From positions 1-53,551 of the forward strand of contig JAEOTB010000055.1 of assembly GCA_016840065.1 (NCBI GenBank): a stretch of DNA of 53,551 bases, given 5' to 3'. The notes beneath the pieces are model-generated. The model saw only the letters and a program-made list of their open reading frames with translations, did not search any database and was not told the origin of the DNA. This DNA comes from Candidatus Hermodarchaeota archaeon. GTDB taxonomy: Archaea > Asgardarchaeota > Hermodarchaeia > Hermodarchaeales > Hermodarchaeaceae. A program made the position numbers and the translations under genes. Numbering within the stretch: the stretch's first letter is position 1; each line of letters opens with the position of its first letter. This document shows positions 9,652-20,189 of the stretch, piece by piece.

Positions 9652-10248
9652 GTGGAAGATAGTGTTTTGTTTAAAATTAGTTTTGTTGGTGGAGTCTTAC
9701 TACTTCTGGTTCCGCCAATGTTTATTCTTTTCCAACTGATATTACATTCTCATGGTTATGGGATGCTATACACTGGAATCGGGTTACTCCTTTGCAGTGT
9801 TCTATTTCTTGGTTATTGGCTGAGATACAATCAGGTTATTGGCCTTGTAGTGTTCATAGTGTCGAATGCCCTTGCGATTCCATCTTTGTTTTACGTGTCT
9901 CTTCGCTTGTTTTACTTAATTCCTCCACTGCTTCTTCCTCTAGAGTTTCTTCCCTTAACTCTCCTCGGTCTGAGTTTTCTTTTCTGGGGAATCGGTTTGA
10001 CTGTAATGGGCTACCAAAAAAGTGTTGGACCCTATACCCTTGTTGCTGGAGTTCTCTTCTTCATTTACGGAGTGATATTAGGTCTAGTGGTAACCTATGC
10101 GGGGGTAGTTGTTCATATCTTGTGGGGTTTGACCTTCAGTATTCTTAGTGTAGATTTTGGGGGCGTCACTATCATCGTTGTCGGCACTGGTGTGATTTTG
10201 GTTTTATTTGACCTTTTTGGAGAAGCCTTTCCCAAAATGAAGGGGTAA
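9652..10248 (+). CDS. Hypothetical polytopic membrane protein
   Basis: About 6 hydrophobic segments. GGAGG RBS upstream of a GTG start. Confidence 0.7.
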   Translation: MEDSVLFKISFVGGVLLLLVPPMFILFQLILHSHGYGMLYTGIGLLLCSVLFLGYWLRYNQVIGLVVFIVSNALAIPSLFYVSLRLFYLIPPLLLPLEFLPLTLLGLSFLFWGIGLTVMGYQKSVGPYTLVAGVLFFIYGVILGLVVTYAGVVVHILWGLTFSILSVDFGGVTIIVVGTGVILVLFDLFGEAFPKMKG

Positions 10249-10336
10249 CCAAAAGGCATTTAAATGAACCAAAATCCGCCCGATTTCTAGACATGAGCCA
10301 TGATTTACATGGATTTCTTGAAATGAGGTGGATGAA

Positions 10337-10495
10337 TTGACTGATGTCGCAAGTTACGACCATTATCTTCGAGTTGTTGAACGGGAAGGCTCACCCAGTG
10401 GTGTTCCTGCTTCCCGTCTTCTAGCCCAGGTAGCACGTTTGATCGCCTATGCCCGAATCAACCAGCAACCAGAAGAAGACGAATATAGAACCTAG
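10337..10495 (+). CDS. Small hypothetical protein (52 aa; absent from ORF track)
   Basis: TATA-like aaaaggcaTTTAAAT at about 10251-10265, RBS GAGGTGGA, TTG start: MTDVASYDHYLRVVEREGSPSGVPASRLLAQVARLIAYARINQQPEEDEYRT*. Confidence 0.6.
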   Translation: MTDVASYDHYLRVVEREGSPSGVPASRLLAQVARLIAYARINQQPEEDEYRT

Positions 10496-10607
10496 CGTAG
10501 AATCAATTTGGCTCATTTCCCATTCTATTTAAAAAACCCATCTAGTGCCTCAATGGGAAGTCTTTTTGTATTAAGTGAAGGAGTTAGACTAGCCTGGGTG
10601 TGAACTA

Positions 10608-12539
10608 ATGACTGTGAGACTTTCCCGTGTTGTCTTGCCTTTGATTCTGATTTTTCTATTCTTATCAGCGTTTCAACCTCCAATCCTTCCTTCAGAGAAT
10701 ATTGAAAACAGGATATCTGCACCTCCCTCAACGGGGTTCAAGGAGGGGATTGGTGAGACCCCCAGAGAGAGGAGCCTTCCTGCAGAGCGAACACCTCTTG
10801 GGCCCCTTAGTCCCATAACGAATTATACTATCGACGCGATTCTCATTGACGGCTCTCATACTGTGACCGCCTCTACTACTATCAATTACGTGAACCACGC
10901 TGGGGTCACATTTGACGAGTTGATCTTCCACCTTTACCCCAATGCTTTTGCTTCTACCCCCTTGGTTACCATACAGGATATATCGTACATGGGAGCTAGC
11001 CTAAGTTACACCGTCGGAGGGAGCGACAACACACTACTAACCGTGGACCTTGCATCACCAGGACCTGACACTCTAGCTCCTGGAAACAATGTGACACTGG
11101 AACTTCTTTACCAAATAGAGGTTCCAGAGAGTGGCAGCCGCTTTGGCTGGTATTATGAAACAAGCACAAGTCAGCCTGACTTCTACACGTATCAGATGGG
11201 CAACTGGCACCCAATTATCGCCGTTTATGATGACAGAGGATGGCACACTGTCCCCTATTCTATGGGTGGAGAGAGCTTCTATCAAGATGTCGCCACATAT
11301 GATGTGCATCTAACTGTTCCAGAGGATTTTGTGGTGGCAGCAACTGGGGAACTCCAAGGCATCACTTCTGGGTCAGGTACCCGAACCTGGCACTGGACGA
11401 CAGGTCCTGTAAGGGAGTTCACTTGGTGTGCAAGCCCTGACTTCTACACTACCAGTAGCCTAGTCAGGGGGGTCAATATCACTAGTTACTACCTATTTGA
11501 ACACGCACTAGAGGGAGAGATAGCCCTCGAAGTAGCGGAGGCTTGCATACCAATCTTTGGTGACCTGTTTGGTCCCTATCCCTGGGGGAGTCTCCAGGTC
11601 GTCGAGACAGAAATCGGTGCTCTTGGCATGGAGTACCCGCAACTCGTCATGATTGACAGGGTCTTATATGGTGATTACGATACTGATTACCTAGAGGTTG
11701 TTACTGCTCACGAGATTGGACATGAATGGTTTCCATTTATGGTTGGCACTGATAGCAATGCTGAACCGTGGATTGATGAGGGATTTGCCTCCTTCACGGA
11801 ATATGCCTACATCGAGTACTACTACAGCTACAGCGATAGGCAGTCATACCGTGGCGATGACTTTGATTATTATTGGGATTATGTCTCCGACTACGGTGAT
11901 GATTGCATTAATAATTCGATGGATTATTGGGCGTCAAACTATGGCTACTACGCTTACGTCTATGTGAAAGCCCCACTGGTCTATGATATGCTACGCTTCC
12001 AAGTTGGTAATGATACCTTCTATGAGGCTATACGCTATATCTATGAGCAGAACCTCCATAGAAACTTCCGTGCCAGTGATCTCCAGGACCTCTTCGAGGC
12101 TGCGGTTGGCTATTCACTAGACTGGTTCTTCGACCAGTGGGTCTTTGGATCAGGAGTGGTAACCCTTAACCTAGATAGTGTCAGCGTTGCTCAAGATGGA
12201 AGTAGCTGGGTTCTCTCCTTCAACATAATCCAGGAACAAATAACTCCCGTGGCGCTTTGGGTTCCCATCCAAATCGTTACCGAAGAAGGCGTGGTATCTA
12301 CTTCAGTGTGGATGGATGCGGTGGCCGTTAACACCTATAGCATAACCCTCTCGAGCTTTCCCGACCGGCTCACCCTTGACCCTGCCGACCTTCTTCTCTG
12401 CCAATACCGCAATTGGGATACAGGGGAAATCCCCCCGCGTCTTGTGATCCAGTTTTTAATGATTGGAGCAGTTGTTCTGGTAGTTATCTTCGCAGTTGCT
12501 GTTATTTTCATCTGGTACCGACGCAGACAGAAGTTTTAA
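10608..12539 (+). CDS. Secreted, membrane-anchored M1-family zinc aminopeptidase
   Basis: GMEYP (GAMEN-like), HEIGHEWF...WIDEGFA, YVKA, signal peptide, C-terminal TM helix and RRRQK. Confidence 0.92.
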   Translation: MTVRLSRVVLPLILIFLFLSAFQPPILPSENIENRISAPPSTGFKEGIGETPRERSLPAERTPLGPLSPITNYTIDAILIDGSHTVTASTTINYVNHAGVTFDELIFHLYPNAFASTPLVTIQDISYMGASLSYTVGGSDNTLLTVDLASPGPDTLAPGNNVTLELLYQIEVPESGSRFGWYYETSTSQPDFYTYQMGNWHPIIAVYDDRGWHTVPYSMGGESFYQDVATYDVHLTVPEDFVVAATGELQGITSGSGTRTWHWTTGPVREFTWCASPDFYTTSSLVRGVNITSYYLFEHALEGEIALEVAEACIPIFGDLFGPYPWGSLQVVETEIGALGMEYPQLVMIDRVLYGDYDTDYLEVVTAHEIGHEWFPFMVGTDSNAEPWIDEGFASFTEYAYIEYYYSYSDRQSYRGDDFDYYWDYVSDYGDDCINNSMDYWASNYGYYAYVYVKAPLVYDMLRFQVGNDTFYEAIRYIYEQNLHRNFRASDLQDLFEAAVGYSLDWFFDQWVFGSGVVTLNLDSVSVAQDGSSWVLSFNIIQEQITPVALWVPIQIVTEEGVVSTSVWMDAVAVNTYSITLSSFPDRLTLDPADLLLCQYRNWDTGEIPPRLVIQFLMIGAVVLVVIFAVAVIFIWYRRRQKF

Positions 12540-12676
12540 CGTGACTCTCAGATAGCTTTCCTGCTGAAAGTGACAATTCGTGGATAATAGTTCACTGCAC
12601 AAGGTATTTGTACAACAAACAAGAATATTCAACAACTAGAACTATAAGATGGTATTACAGATGCAGAGGGGAGCTT

Positions 12677-12895
12677 ATGGCGGGCAGAATAAGTAAAACA
12701 ACAATGGTCATCCTCCTTACAATCTGCATAGTAAGTTTTGTATTATTAGTAACTCTGGGACCAATTATCGGTCAGTCAATCCCAGGATTTCCTGAGGTTG
12801 TATTGGGTTCAAACATATATTGGGTGTTTGGGATTATTGTCTTCATTCCAATAATCGCGTTCTTCATAATAATTGGGTTGTACTTTGAGAAGTAG
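12677..12895 (+). CDS. Small two-TM membrane protein
   Basis: RBS gaggggag before the ATG of MAGRISK. Two hydrophobic helices. Confidence 0.65.
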   Translation: MAGRISKTTMVILLTICIVSFVLLVTLGPIIGQSIPGFPEVVLGSNIYWVFGIIVFIPIIAFFIIIGLYFEK

Positions 12896-13093
12896 GAACA
12901 TCTTTCAAGAGAGGTTTCCAAGTCAGCAGTATACACTCTATCATCAAGCTGAGGAGTGCTAGTTGTCGATGAATTGGTTGATGCTTATCCCTCGCTCTTG
13001 TGTACTTCTTCTGGGTTCACCTGGGATTCATTCTTCAACCGCTTCTACGGTCTGATATACTTTCAGATAATCCTGGAGTTATAATGTGAAGTA

Positions 13094-13288
13094 TTAAGGA
13101 AGCTGGAGCTTCTCTTTGACTACCTTCATCTCGTTTTCGAGCTTCTCTATCCGAAGCATGAGCTGCCGGATAAGAGTGTAGAGGTCAACCGTAGGAATCC
13201 GTTGCAAATCCTCTTTTCCAATAGGAAGGGGGTCGCGTCGGCGAAAGGGGTCTGGGTCATCTGGTCTGATGTCATCCATTTGAATCAC
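13094..13288 (-). CDS. Small hypothetical protein with C-terminal coiled coil
   Basis: Heptad pattern LIRQLMLRIEKLENEMKVVKEKL. Purine-rich RBS upstream. Confidence 0.65.
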   Translation of the reverse strand: MIQMDDIRPDDPDPFRRRDPLPIGKEDLQRIPTVDLYTLIRQLMLRIEKLENEMKVVKEKLQLP

Positions 13289-13338
13289 TTTCCTTTCTAC
13301 CTTTAACTAATTGTAGGGAATGCTTTATGCTTTTCCTG

Positions 13339-14250
13339 TTATAATCTGCGTAAGAACTCGGGTCGGAGGTGTCTTGCGGTCTCTGGTTGGGATAGGACAG
13401 AGTCAATCTCTTCTAGCAAACGGGGGCGATCCTTTGAGAGCACGCCACGAAGCTGCAGATAGTTTGAAGCATGATTGGTCCTAAAGACACAGCTAGTCAG
13501 GTCAGTAAGTTTATCGATGATTTGACGAAGTTCGTGGAGTGTTTCCAGAGGGTTGAGGGGATTGAAGGAGCCTTCCTGGGCTTGGGCGTGTAGTTCAGTG
13601 CCTGGTACGAGCATTAGTGTGAGAGCAGCAAGGTAGGGGGGATCAATGGCGTTGATAGTCGTGGCCGTGTGTTCGGCGTGCTCCTTGCTCCGTTCAGTAC
13701 CTCCAAGACCCAAGATGATAATCACCGAAACCTTGAGCCCAGCGTCTATCATCCGGCGGCAGGCGTCAATGTGGTCCTGATTGGTTGCCCCCTTAATCAC
13801 TCGGCGAAGAATCTCATCGTCACCAGACTCCAAGCCTATATACACCATGTCCAAGCCAGCTTCATGGAGTTGACGAAGTTCATCATCAGATTTCTGTTTC
13901 GTATTTGCTGCACTGCCATAAATGGTGATTCTTTCCAGACCTGGAAATTCCTTGTAGAGAAGCTTGAGGATGCGCTGTAGCTTTTCCGTTGAAAGGACAA
14001 GAGCGTCACCGTCTGCAAGGAAGATGCGGCGTGGTCGAACGCCCTGTACTCTTGCAAGGTGTTCTACTTCTGCTTGAAAGGTTTCAAAGGGTTTGGTGCT
14101 GAATTGCTTGGTGCGATAGCTTCCACAGAATGTACACTTGTTATGAGAGCAGCCCAGAGTTGCCTGGAGAATTAGGCTATAAGCTTCGCTGGGTGGTCTA
14201 TAAACAGGAGGCTCAAGGAAGTCTGGAGAACCGAAGAGTGGTGGGCACAT
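13339..14250 (-). CDS. Radical SAM protein
   Basis: RPPSEAYSLILQATLGCSHNKCTFC (CxxxCxxC), GLESGDD, FRTNHASNYL. Confidence 0.9.
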   Translation of the reverse strand: MCPPLFGSPDFLEPPVYRPPSEAYSLILQATLGCSHNKCTFCGSYRTKQFSTKPFETFQAEVEHLARVQGVRPRRIFLADGDALVLSTEKLQRILKLLYKEFPGLERITIYGSAANTKQKSDDELRQLHEAGLDMVYIGLESGDDEILRRVIKGATNQDHIDACRRMIDAGLKVSVIIILGLGGTERSKEHAEHTATTINAIDPPYLAALTLMLVPGTELHAQAQEGSFNPLNPLETLHELRQIIDKLTDLTSCVFRTNHASNYLQLRGVLSKDRPRLLEEIDSVLSQPETARHLRPEFLRRL

Positions 14251-14341
14251 CGTTCTGAAGCCAGTCGAAGTTGTACCTAAAGAGAGTTATGGTTCACGAG
14301 TTCTACGTCAGACAATAGTTGATGGACTTGCTGCCCACTAA

Positions 14342-14857
14342 CTAGGTGAAGTTGTCGAGAAGAAGTTGAAGGGCCGCTTTAGCGAAGTTTAGTTTGTTTT
14401 CTGTTCGCTTTCCTTCGTAAATGTTGCCTCGGGCAATTGGCTGTTCTGGGTATTGTGCTATAGCGATATAGACGGTTCCAACAGGTTTCTCAGGTTTTCC
14501 TCCTGCAGGACCGGCAATCCCTGAAATAGCCAGCCCAATATCTGTTGAAAAAACCTGGCGTGTAAGTTGAGCCATAATTAGTACTGTTTGTTCACTGACA
14601 GCCCCGTAGGTGTCTATGGTAGTTTTAGGAACATCAAGAAGTGTTTGCTTCACTGAATCTGCATAGGCGATGATGCCACCAATGAAATAATCTGAGCTGC
14701 CTGGAATCTCTGTGAGAAGGTGCCCGATGAGACCGCCTGTACAGGATTCAGCGACAGCAATAGTGAGCTGACGCTCACGCAGAATCTCACCAACAGCCTT
14801 AGCCAACGTGACAGCTTCACTGAGAAGTTCAATCCTTGAATAATCGGGAACAGGCAA
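14342..14857 (-). CDS. cinA: CinA/PncC family nicotinamide-mononucleotide deamidase
   Basis: AVAESCTGG, PGSSDYF, GAVSE, SGIAGPAGG...KPVGTV. Confidence 0.9.
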   Translation of the reverse strand: MPVPDYSRIELLSEAVTLAKAVGEILRERQLTIAVAESCTGGLIGHLLTEIPGSSDYFIGGIIAYADSVKQTLLDVPKTTIDTYGAVSEQTVLIMAQLTRQVFSTDIGLAISGIAGPAGGKPEKPVGTVYIAIAQYPEQPIARGNIYEGKRTENKLNFAKAALQLLLDNFT

Positions 14858-14984
14858 CGTTACTTCTTCCTTTGTATAGCGTTATTCTATCCTATCTTGT
14901 TAAAAAATTGTCTCAATCGAAAGGATTTTTAGCCTTTACCATCTCCTCATTCTCTATATTACCTCATGTTGGAGGCTATATATC

Positions 14985-15173
14985 ATGACTAGGAAACTTC
15001 TCCCAGATCAGATGTCCATTAAGAGTATTTGTCTGGACTGTAAACATTATGGAAGAAAAGTAGGTTCATGCACGGGTAAAAACCCCTTTGCCAAGACAGG
15101 GGATAAACACTATCTTCTCCTATCCGATAAGTCCGCTTGCTTTGGCTTTAAACAAACCCGGAAGAAAGATTAG
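14985..15173 (+). CDS. Small Cys-containing hypothetical protein
   Basis: GGAGG RBS. CLDCKHY...SC...ACFGF four-Cys pattern. Confidence 0.6.
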   Translation: MTRKLLPDQMSIKSICLDCKHYGRKVGSCTGKNPFAKTGDKHYLLLSDKSACFGFKQTRKKD

Positions 15174-15254
15174 TTCTGGTTTCAATGTTGGACCGTTTGG
15201 TCCTTTGATTTGATATTTGGGACTATTCGCTGGAGGCACTTGCCAGGGTTTGTG

Positions 15255-15443
15255 CTAGTACCTCCAAGCGCTAGGTCCGTGCTTTATTTGATAGGTCCAG
15301 GTTCTCCCACAGCAGTTACACCTTCGAAGCACACAGTGACCTCGTGTTTGGGGCTCCTTTCTAAGTATCATGGAATCTTTTTTGTAGCATTTGGGACATG
15401 CTTCGGGTAACATGGAAAAGGGTTCTTCTGATAAAACCGCCAC
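15255..15443 (-). CDS. Small zinc-ribbon protein
   Basis: CPKC-x(22)-CNCC followed by GRTW, a zinc-ribbon-like spacing. Confidence 0.55.
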   Translation of the reverse strand: MAVLSEEPFSMLPEACPKCYKKDSMILRKEPQTRGHCVLRRCNCCGRTWTYQIKHGPSAWRY

Positions 15444-15562
15444 TTCTTCTACCAGCCAGACTGTGAATCCTTATTAGACACCTCGACATTAACGCATAAA
15501 AACTACCAAAATGAGTTAAAATTTGCCTATATTTTGCATTGCAGAGCAGGAGCAGAAGGACA

Positions 15563-17416
15563 TTGGTTAAAGCAATCTTTGAACCGGATGGACGACGAGT
15601 AGAAGCCAGAGCCAAAGAATCCCTTCTCAAAATTGCCCAACAAGTAGGAATCACAATTCGCTCTGAATGTGGAGGTAAGGGCACATGTGGAAAGTGCCGT
15701 CTCCAAGTTTCACCAAAACAATCAGTTACTCCTCCTACATCAGTAGAAAAAGAGCATTTGACGGTAAAAGAGATGAAGATGGGTTATCGCCTTGCCTGTC
15801 AGGCCCTTGTAACGGGTGACTTGGATGTTCAATTGATGGTGCCACGGGAGAGTCGTATTACAAAGCGTAGGCTTCAGATCGAGGGAATCACCAACCCCGT
15901 AACACTTCGTCCAGTTGTACATGCTGTTCAGGTGTCAGTTCCTCCCGTCGATCCTACTCATCCAGTGGCTGATGATGAACGGCTAATTGAGGGATTACGG
16001 AAGCGCATTGGAGGAAAAAGGGGCTCCTGGGTTATTCCAATGTGGGTTACTAGAAGAATCCCGGAAATAATTCGAGAGTCTCTAGGTCAAGTTACTGTAA
16101 CCCTTTGGGACAAGAGAACCGTAATCGATGTAAATGCTGGAGACACTAGGGAGGACCTGTTCGGGGTTGCCCTTGATATTGGAACCTCAAAGCTAGTTGC
16201 TAGTCTACACTCCCTTGTAACTGGAAATCTTCTTGCAGTTGCTGGATTGGAAAATCCCCAAATCCGTCATGGCGAGGATATCATGTCAAGGCTCAGCTTC
16301 GCTGCCAAAGACCCTACTAACAGAGCTGTACTACAGAACCTTATCTTGGATAGCATCAACCTACTCCTAGCTCGCCTGGCACAAGAAGCAACGATTTCAC
16401 TTGATCACATCTATGAGCTAGTCGTTGTTGGCAACACGGTAATGACCAGTCTTTTCCTCGGCCTTGACACCAAGTATCTGGGGTATGGACCGTTCACCGC
16501 ACCAGCCCGGGGATATCTCAATGTTTCCTCTGATATATTGAACCTCTCTCTTCCCCCACAGGCAAACGTGCACGTCCTCCCCTGCATCGCTGGATACGTG
16601 GGAGCCGATGCTGTAGCAGACATCCTTGCTACTGGTCTCCACCGAAGGAAGAGGATGAGCCTCCTCATTGATATAGGGACCAACAGTGAAGTAGTACTAG
16701 GCAACCGCGAAGAATTAACTGCATGCTCTTGTGCCGCAGGTCCTGCCTTTGAAGGTGCTCAGATTGAACATGGTATGAAGGCTGTTTCTGGTGCAATAGA
16801 ACGTGTTTCCATCCATCCGGATTCCATGGAGGTGGAGGTCGAAACCGTCGATAACAAGCCTCCAATTGGTATCTGTGGGTCTGGTGTTGTAGATGCTGTA
16901 GCTCAGCTAGCAGAAGTAGGGCTCCTCACACCCCATGGACGTTTCACCGATTACCCGACATCGAGATTATTGCAAGATGAACGTGGTAAGAGATTCATCT
17001 TATTCGAAAGACGAGATGGGGAGAGGGAATCCACGATTACCCTATCTGAGCATGATGTAAGTCAACTGCTTCTAGCCAAAGCAGCAATCCAAACTGGATA
17101 CAGGCTAGTTCTTGATCACCATCATCTCAGTCCAGCTGACCTTGACAGGGTTTTTATCGCCGGGGCGTTTGGTAACTACCTCAACCCCGCAAGTGCTCGA
17201 GTTATAGGTCTTATACCGCGGGTTCCCTCTAACCGTGTGACCTTTGTGGGCAATGCAGCTTTAGCTGGAGCCCGTCTGGCTCTACTCTCTCGCACTCACC
17301 GGTCACAAGCAATCCGTCTTGCCAAGACCACTCACTTCCTCGACCTTGCCCGTCACCCTGACTTCAACCAAACATACACCTCCAGCCTTTTCTTACCCAA
17401 AGAAACTGAGGAATAA
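15563..17416 (+). CDS. 2Fe-2S ferredoxin plus ASKHA ATPase (RACo/AcsV-type reductive activator of corrinoid proteins)
   Basis: CGGKGTCGKC...RLACQ 2Fe-2S site. DIGTS, GEDIMSR, DIGTNSE, CAAGPAFEG, GICGSG, AGAFG, GNAAL. A TTG start at 15563 follows an AAGGA RBS; the ORF track starts at 15539. Confidence 0.9.
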   Translation: MVKAIFEPDGRRVEARAKESLLKIAQQVGITIRSECGGKGTCGKCRLQVSPKQSVTPPTSVEKEHLTVKEMKMGYRLACQALVTGDLDVQLMVPRESRITKRRLQIEGITNPVTLRPVVHAVQVSVPPVDPTHPVADDERLIEGLRKRIGGKRGSWVIPMWVTRRIPEIIRESLGQVTVTLWDKRTVIDVNAGDTREDLFGVALDIGTSKLVASLHSLVTGNLLAVAGLENPQIRHGEDIMSRLSFAAKDPTNRAVLQNLILDSINLLLARLAQEATISLDHIYELVVVGNTVMTSLFLGLDTKYLGYGPFTAPARGYLNVSSDILNLSLPPQANVHVLPCIAGYVGADAVADILATGLHRRKRMSLLIDIGTNSEVVLGNREELTACSCAAGPAFEGAQIEHGMKAVSGAIERVSIHPDSMEVEVETVDNKPPIGICGSGVVDAVAQLAEVGLLTPHGRFTDYPTSRLLQDERGKRFILFERRDGERESTITLSEHDVSQLLLAKAAIQTGYRLVLDHHHLSPADLDRVFIAGAFGNYLNPASARVIGLIPRVPSNRVTFVGNAALAGARLALLSRTHRSQAIRLAKTTHFLDLARHPDFNQTYTSSLFLPKETEE

Positions 17417-17470
17417 TAGCCGCTCTTTTAGGCAAGTTCATCTCAAAGAAGGCATTCTCAGACATGTTAG

Positions 17471-18709
17471 GTGAAAAATAAGGTGACTGATGAACCCTCT
17501 TCCAAACCACCATCTGAAGGCAGCGTTGTAGCAACATTCGGCTCAGCATCTTTTCTCAACGATATGGGTTCAGATATTGTGTATTCCATATGGCCTAGCT
17601 TTGTGTATCTCCTGATAGGGTTTGAGAATCCCTTCTTCCTCGGAGTCATTGATGGGTTGGGCAACTGGATTGTGAACATCTCCAAGGGAGCCTCAGGCTT
17701 AATCTCAGATAAGATTCAGAAAAGGAAGGTCTTCATATGGACTGGATATCTAGCCGGGGCATCATCTCGAATATTTTATGGGTTGGCACCCACATGGGAG
17801 TGGCTGGCTCCAGCGCGAATCTTAGACCGAGCGGGTAAAATAAGGGGATCCCCAAGGGACGCTCTCATCGCTGATGTTTCATCGATGGAGACGAGGGGGA
17901 GGAACTTTGGGATTCTACGTGCCCTAGACAATCTAGGCGCTGTCACGGGTATCATGATTACAATAGCCTTTGTGACCTTTGTAATGCCCTTGTTGGGGTC
18001 GCTCTACGGATTCACAGAGCTCATGAGTATTAGATTCCTATTCATGGCTGCAGCTATACCTACAATCATTGGTTCTCTCCTTGTTCTCGTAAAAATCAAG
18101 GATTATAGAAAGAAGCCCGGAAAACCAGTCTTTAGCCTTGACGGGTTCAACAGGAGTTTATCTCTGTTCATCGTGATTAGCTTCCTATTCAGTAGCGCCT
18201 TCTTCAGTTACTCTTTCATTGTGCTCTATGCGAGCCTATTCTTCACCTTTCCAGTCATTAACCCCCTACTCAATGTGACAATTGGCTACCTCATATTCAC
18301 CCTAGCAGCTGCTCTTCTCTCTGCTCCCCTTGGCAATCTCAGCGACCGCATTGGACGGCGGGGCACAATTCTTGTGGGATATGGGTTCTTTGCACTAATG
18401 TGTCTGTTGTTTGTCTTCGTTCCCAACGTCTGGACGATATTGTTGGCACTCATTTGTTATGGTGCATCCATTGGAGCTGCTGTACCTGCTCAGAAGTCTC
18501 TGGTTGCAGAGCTAGCCCCGACAGACCTTAGGGCTAGCTTTCTAGGTGTTTATCAACTTGTAACCGGCTTTGCAGCATTATTCGCCAGCGTGCTAGCGGG
18601 ATTCCTTTGGTTTCTCTTCCTTCCCCAAACGCCTTTCCTTGTAGCTCTTAGCCTTACCGTGGTTGCAGCGCTTCTCTTGCCCTTTGTGAAAGAGAAATCT
18701 TCAACCTAG
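17471..18709 (+). CDS. MFS transporter
   Basis: About 12 TM helices. Motif A: GLISDKIQKRK and GNLSDRIGRR. DRAGKIRGSPRDALIAD. Confidence 0.9.
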   Translation: MKNKVTDEPSSKPPSEGSVVATFGSASFLNDMGSDIVYSIWPSFVYLLIGFENPFFLGVIDGLGNWIVNISKGASGLISDKIQKRKVFIWTGYLAGASSRIFYGLAPTWEWLAPARILDRAGKIRGSPRDALIADVSSMETRGRNFGILRALDNLGAVTGIMITIAFVTFVMPLLGSLYGFTELMSIRFLFMAAAIPTIIGSLLVLVKIKDYRKKPGKPVFSLDGFNRSLSLFIVISFLFSSAFFSYSFIVLYASLFFTFPVINPLLNVTIGYLIFTLAAALLSAPLGNLSDRIGRRGTILVGYGFFALMCLLFVFVPNVWTILLALICYGASIGAAVPAQKSLVAELAPTDLRASFLGVYQLVTGFAALFASVLAGFLWFLFLPQTPFLVALSLTVVAALLLPFVKEKSST

Positions 18710-18734
18710 ACCTACTCGAATAAAGGCTGAGCAG

Positions 18735-20174
18735 TCAAGACTGCTCGGGGAATGGTTTGGGTTCGATGTTACCCAAGAGGAGGATGGCCATGATGACAAA
18801 GTTGAGACCAAGGGTGATGAAGAGAACGGGGATGGCACCGAATAAGGTGTAAGCAATTGCTGCGGGAATAGGGGTTATTAGGTTGGCGAGCATTATGACT
18901 ATGAAGAAGATGCTCAGCATCTTTGCTGTCTCTGACCGTGGAATGGCTTTCCGTAGATATGTGAGGATGAGGGTTCTCCACAGTATATCGTTAATGCGTT
19001 TGAAGGCAATTGCGATGAATGGTGTTCTCGTCAATGGATTGAATAGAGGAGAAATCGAAACAAGTATGTTAACGATATCAATGGGAAGCCAGTAGGGGAA
19101 CAATGGAGTAATAATCAGGAGGGTGATGCAGATTGGCATTACCGCGTATATGACTGTCATGGCTCGACGGCTACCCCGGCGATCGAAGAACCCACCCACT
19201 GTTATTGACAGGGGGATTGAAGCTGCGAGGACTACCAATATCATGAGTGTAAGGTCACCGTATGAGAAGCCTAGCCAGTCTCTCAAGTAGAACATATTCA
19301 CAAAGCCGTAGAGCCCATCACTGATCGCATCAATAATCAGAACACCCGTGAATACAGGTAGTAGGACTAGGAGAAGCTTAATGGCGTGCCAGTTCTGTTG
19401 GAAGAAGTCCTTAAAGGAGCTGGCTGTTTTACGTTCTCTTGGAATAGGTATTGCTGGTGCTAGAAAGATCGTGCGAACAAGCGCTGCCACAAGGTAACAG
19501 ATTCCTCCAACGAAGAAGATGATTTGAATGGCAGACACAAAGGAATAGCCTAAATTGAAGAGCCAGGTTAGGAGGGCAAGACCAACGAGCCCAAAGCCTA
19601 CGCTTGTTTGGAAGATGCCCATGGCAAGGCCGCTGTGTTGAGGTGATATGTTCTCGTAGATGTAGGAGGTGCTGCCGCTAGCGAAGATGGAAGAAGAAGC
19701 AATGATTAGGATGCCCATTGAAAACCAGAGAAAGGGGAAACTGATGGGGCCAAGGATGGGTACAACGATGGCAGAGACTGGAGGCGTGAAAGCGAGGAAG
19801 AAGAAACCGATACCACTCACAGCCATTGTAGCAACTGATAACCATTTTCTATTGAAATTGTCCCCAACATAACCTCCAATAAATCGAGTGAGAAGATTTA
19901 CACCGATGAACATTGATAGCATGATACCAAGTAGTATGAAGTCGATGAGTATTTCTTGGAGGTAGAGGATCATGAAGGAGTCGAGGATTATCCCGAAGAC
20001 ACCGAGAATCCATGAGGTTACCAGGTATACGCTGAAGCTTCGGTAGGTGAGTACTGAACGCAGAGAGGAAAGGAATCCTTTCTCTTTTGCTGGCGTTGGC
20101 TCCATTGGGGGAGGAGTATCAGCTGAATGCTTAGGACCTGATGCAGTGGAGGGTTTCTCTTCTTGATTGTTCAT
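18735..20174 (-). CDS. MFS transporter
   Basis: Motif A: GGYVGDNFNRK and GGFFDRRGSRR. Multiple TM helices. Confidence 0.85.
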   Translation of the reverse strand: MNNQEEKPSTASGPKHSADTPPPMEPTPAKEKGFLSSLRSVLTYRSFSVYLVTSWILGVFGIILDSFMILYLQEILIDFILLGIMLSMFIGVNLLTRFIGGYVGDNFNRKWLSVATMAVSGIGFFFLAFTPPVSAIVVPILGPISFPFLWFSMGILIIASSSIFASGSTSYIYENISPQHSGLAMGIFQTSVGFGLVGLALLTWLFNLGYSFVSAIQIIFFVGGICYLVAALVRTIFLAPAIPIPRERKTASSFKDFFQQNWHAIKLLLVLLPVFTGVLIIDAISDGLYGFVNMFYLRDWLGFSYGDLTLMILVVLAASIPLSITVGGFFDRRGSRRAMTVIYAVMPICITLLIITPLFPYWLPIDIVNILVSISPLFNPLTRTPFIAIAFKRINDILWRTLILTYLRKAIPRSETAKMLSIFFIVIMLANLITPIPAAIAYTLFGAIPVLFITLGLNFVIMAILLLGNIEPKPFPEQS

Positions 20175-20189
20175 GTGAGTTTACTCCGT

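Noticed and set aside
12608-12676. N-terminal extension of the small membrane protein
   Set aside because: The RBS sits just before the ATG at 12677, and the extension looks like promoter sequence.
12896-13093. Possible gene remnant in the intergenic region
   Set aside because: Only short open stretches with no recognisable motif.
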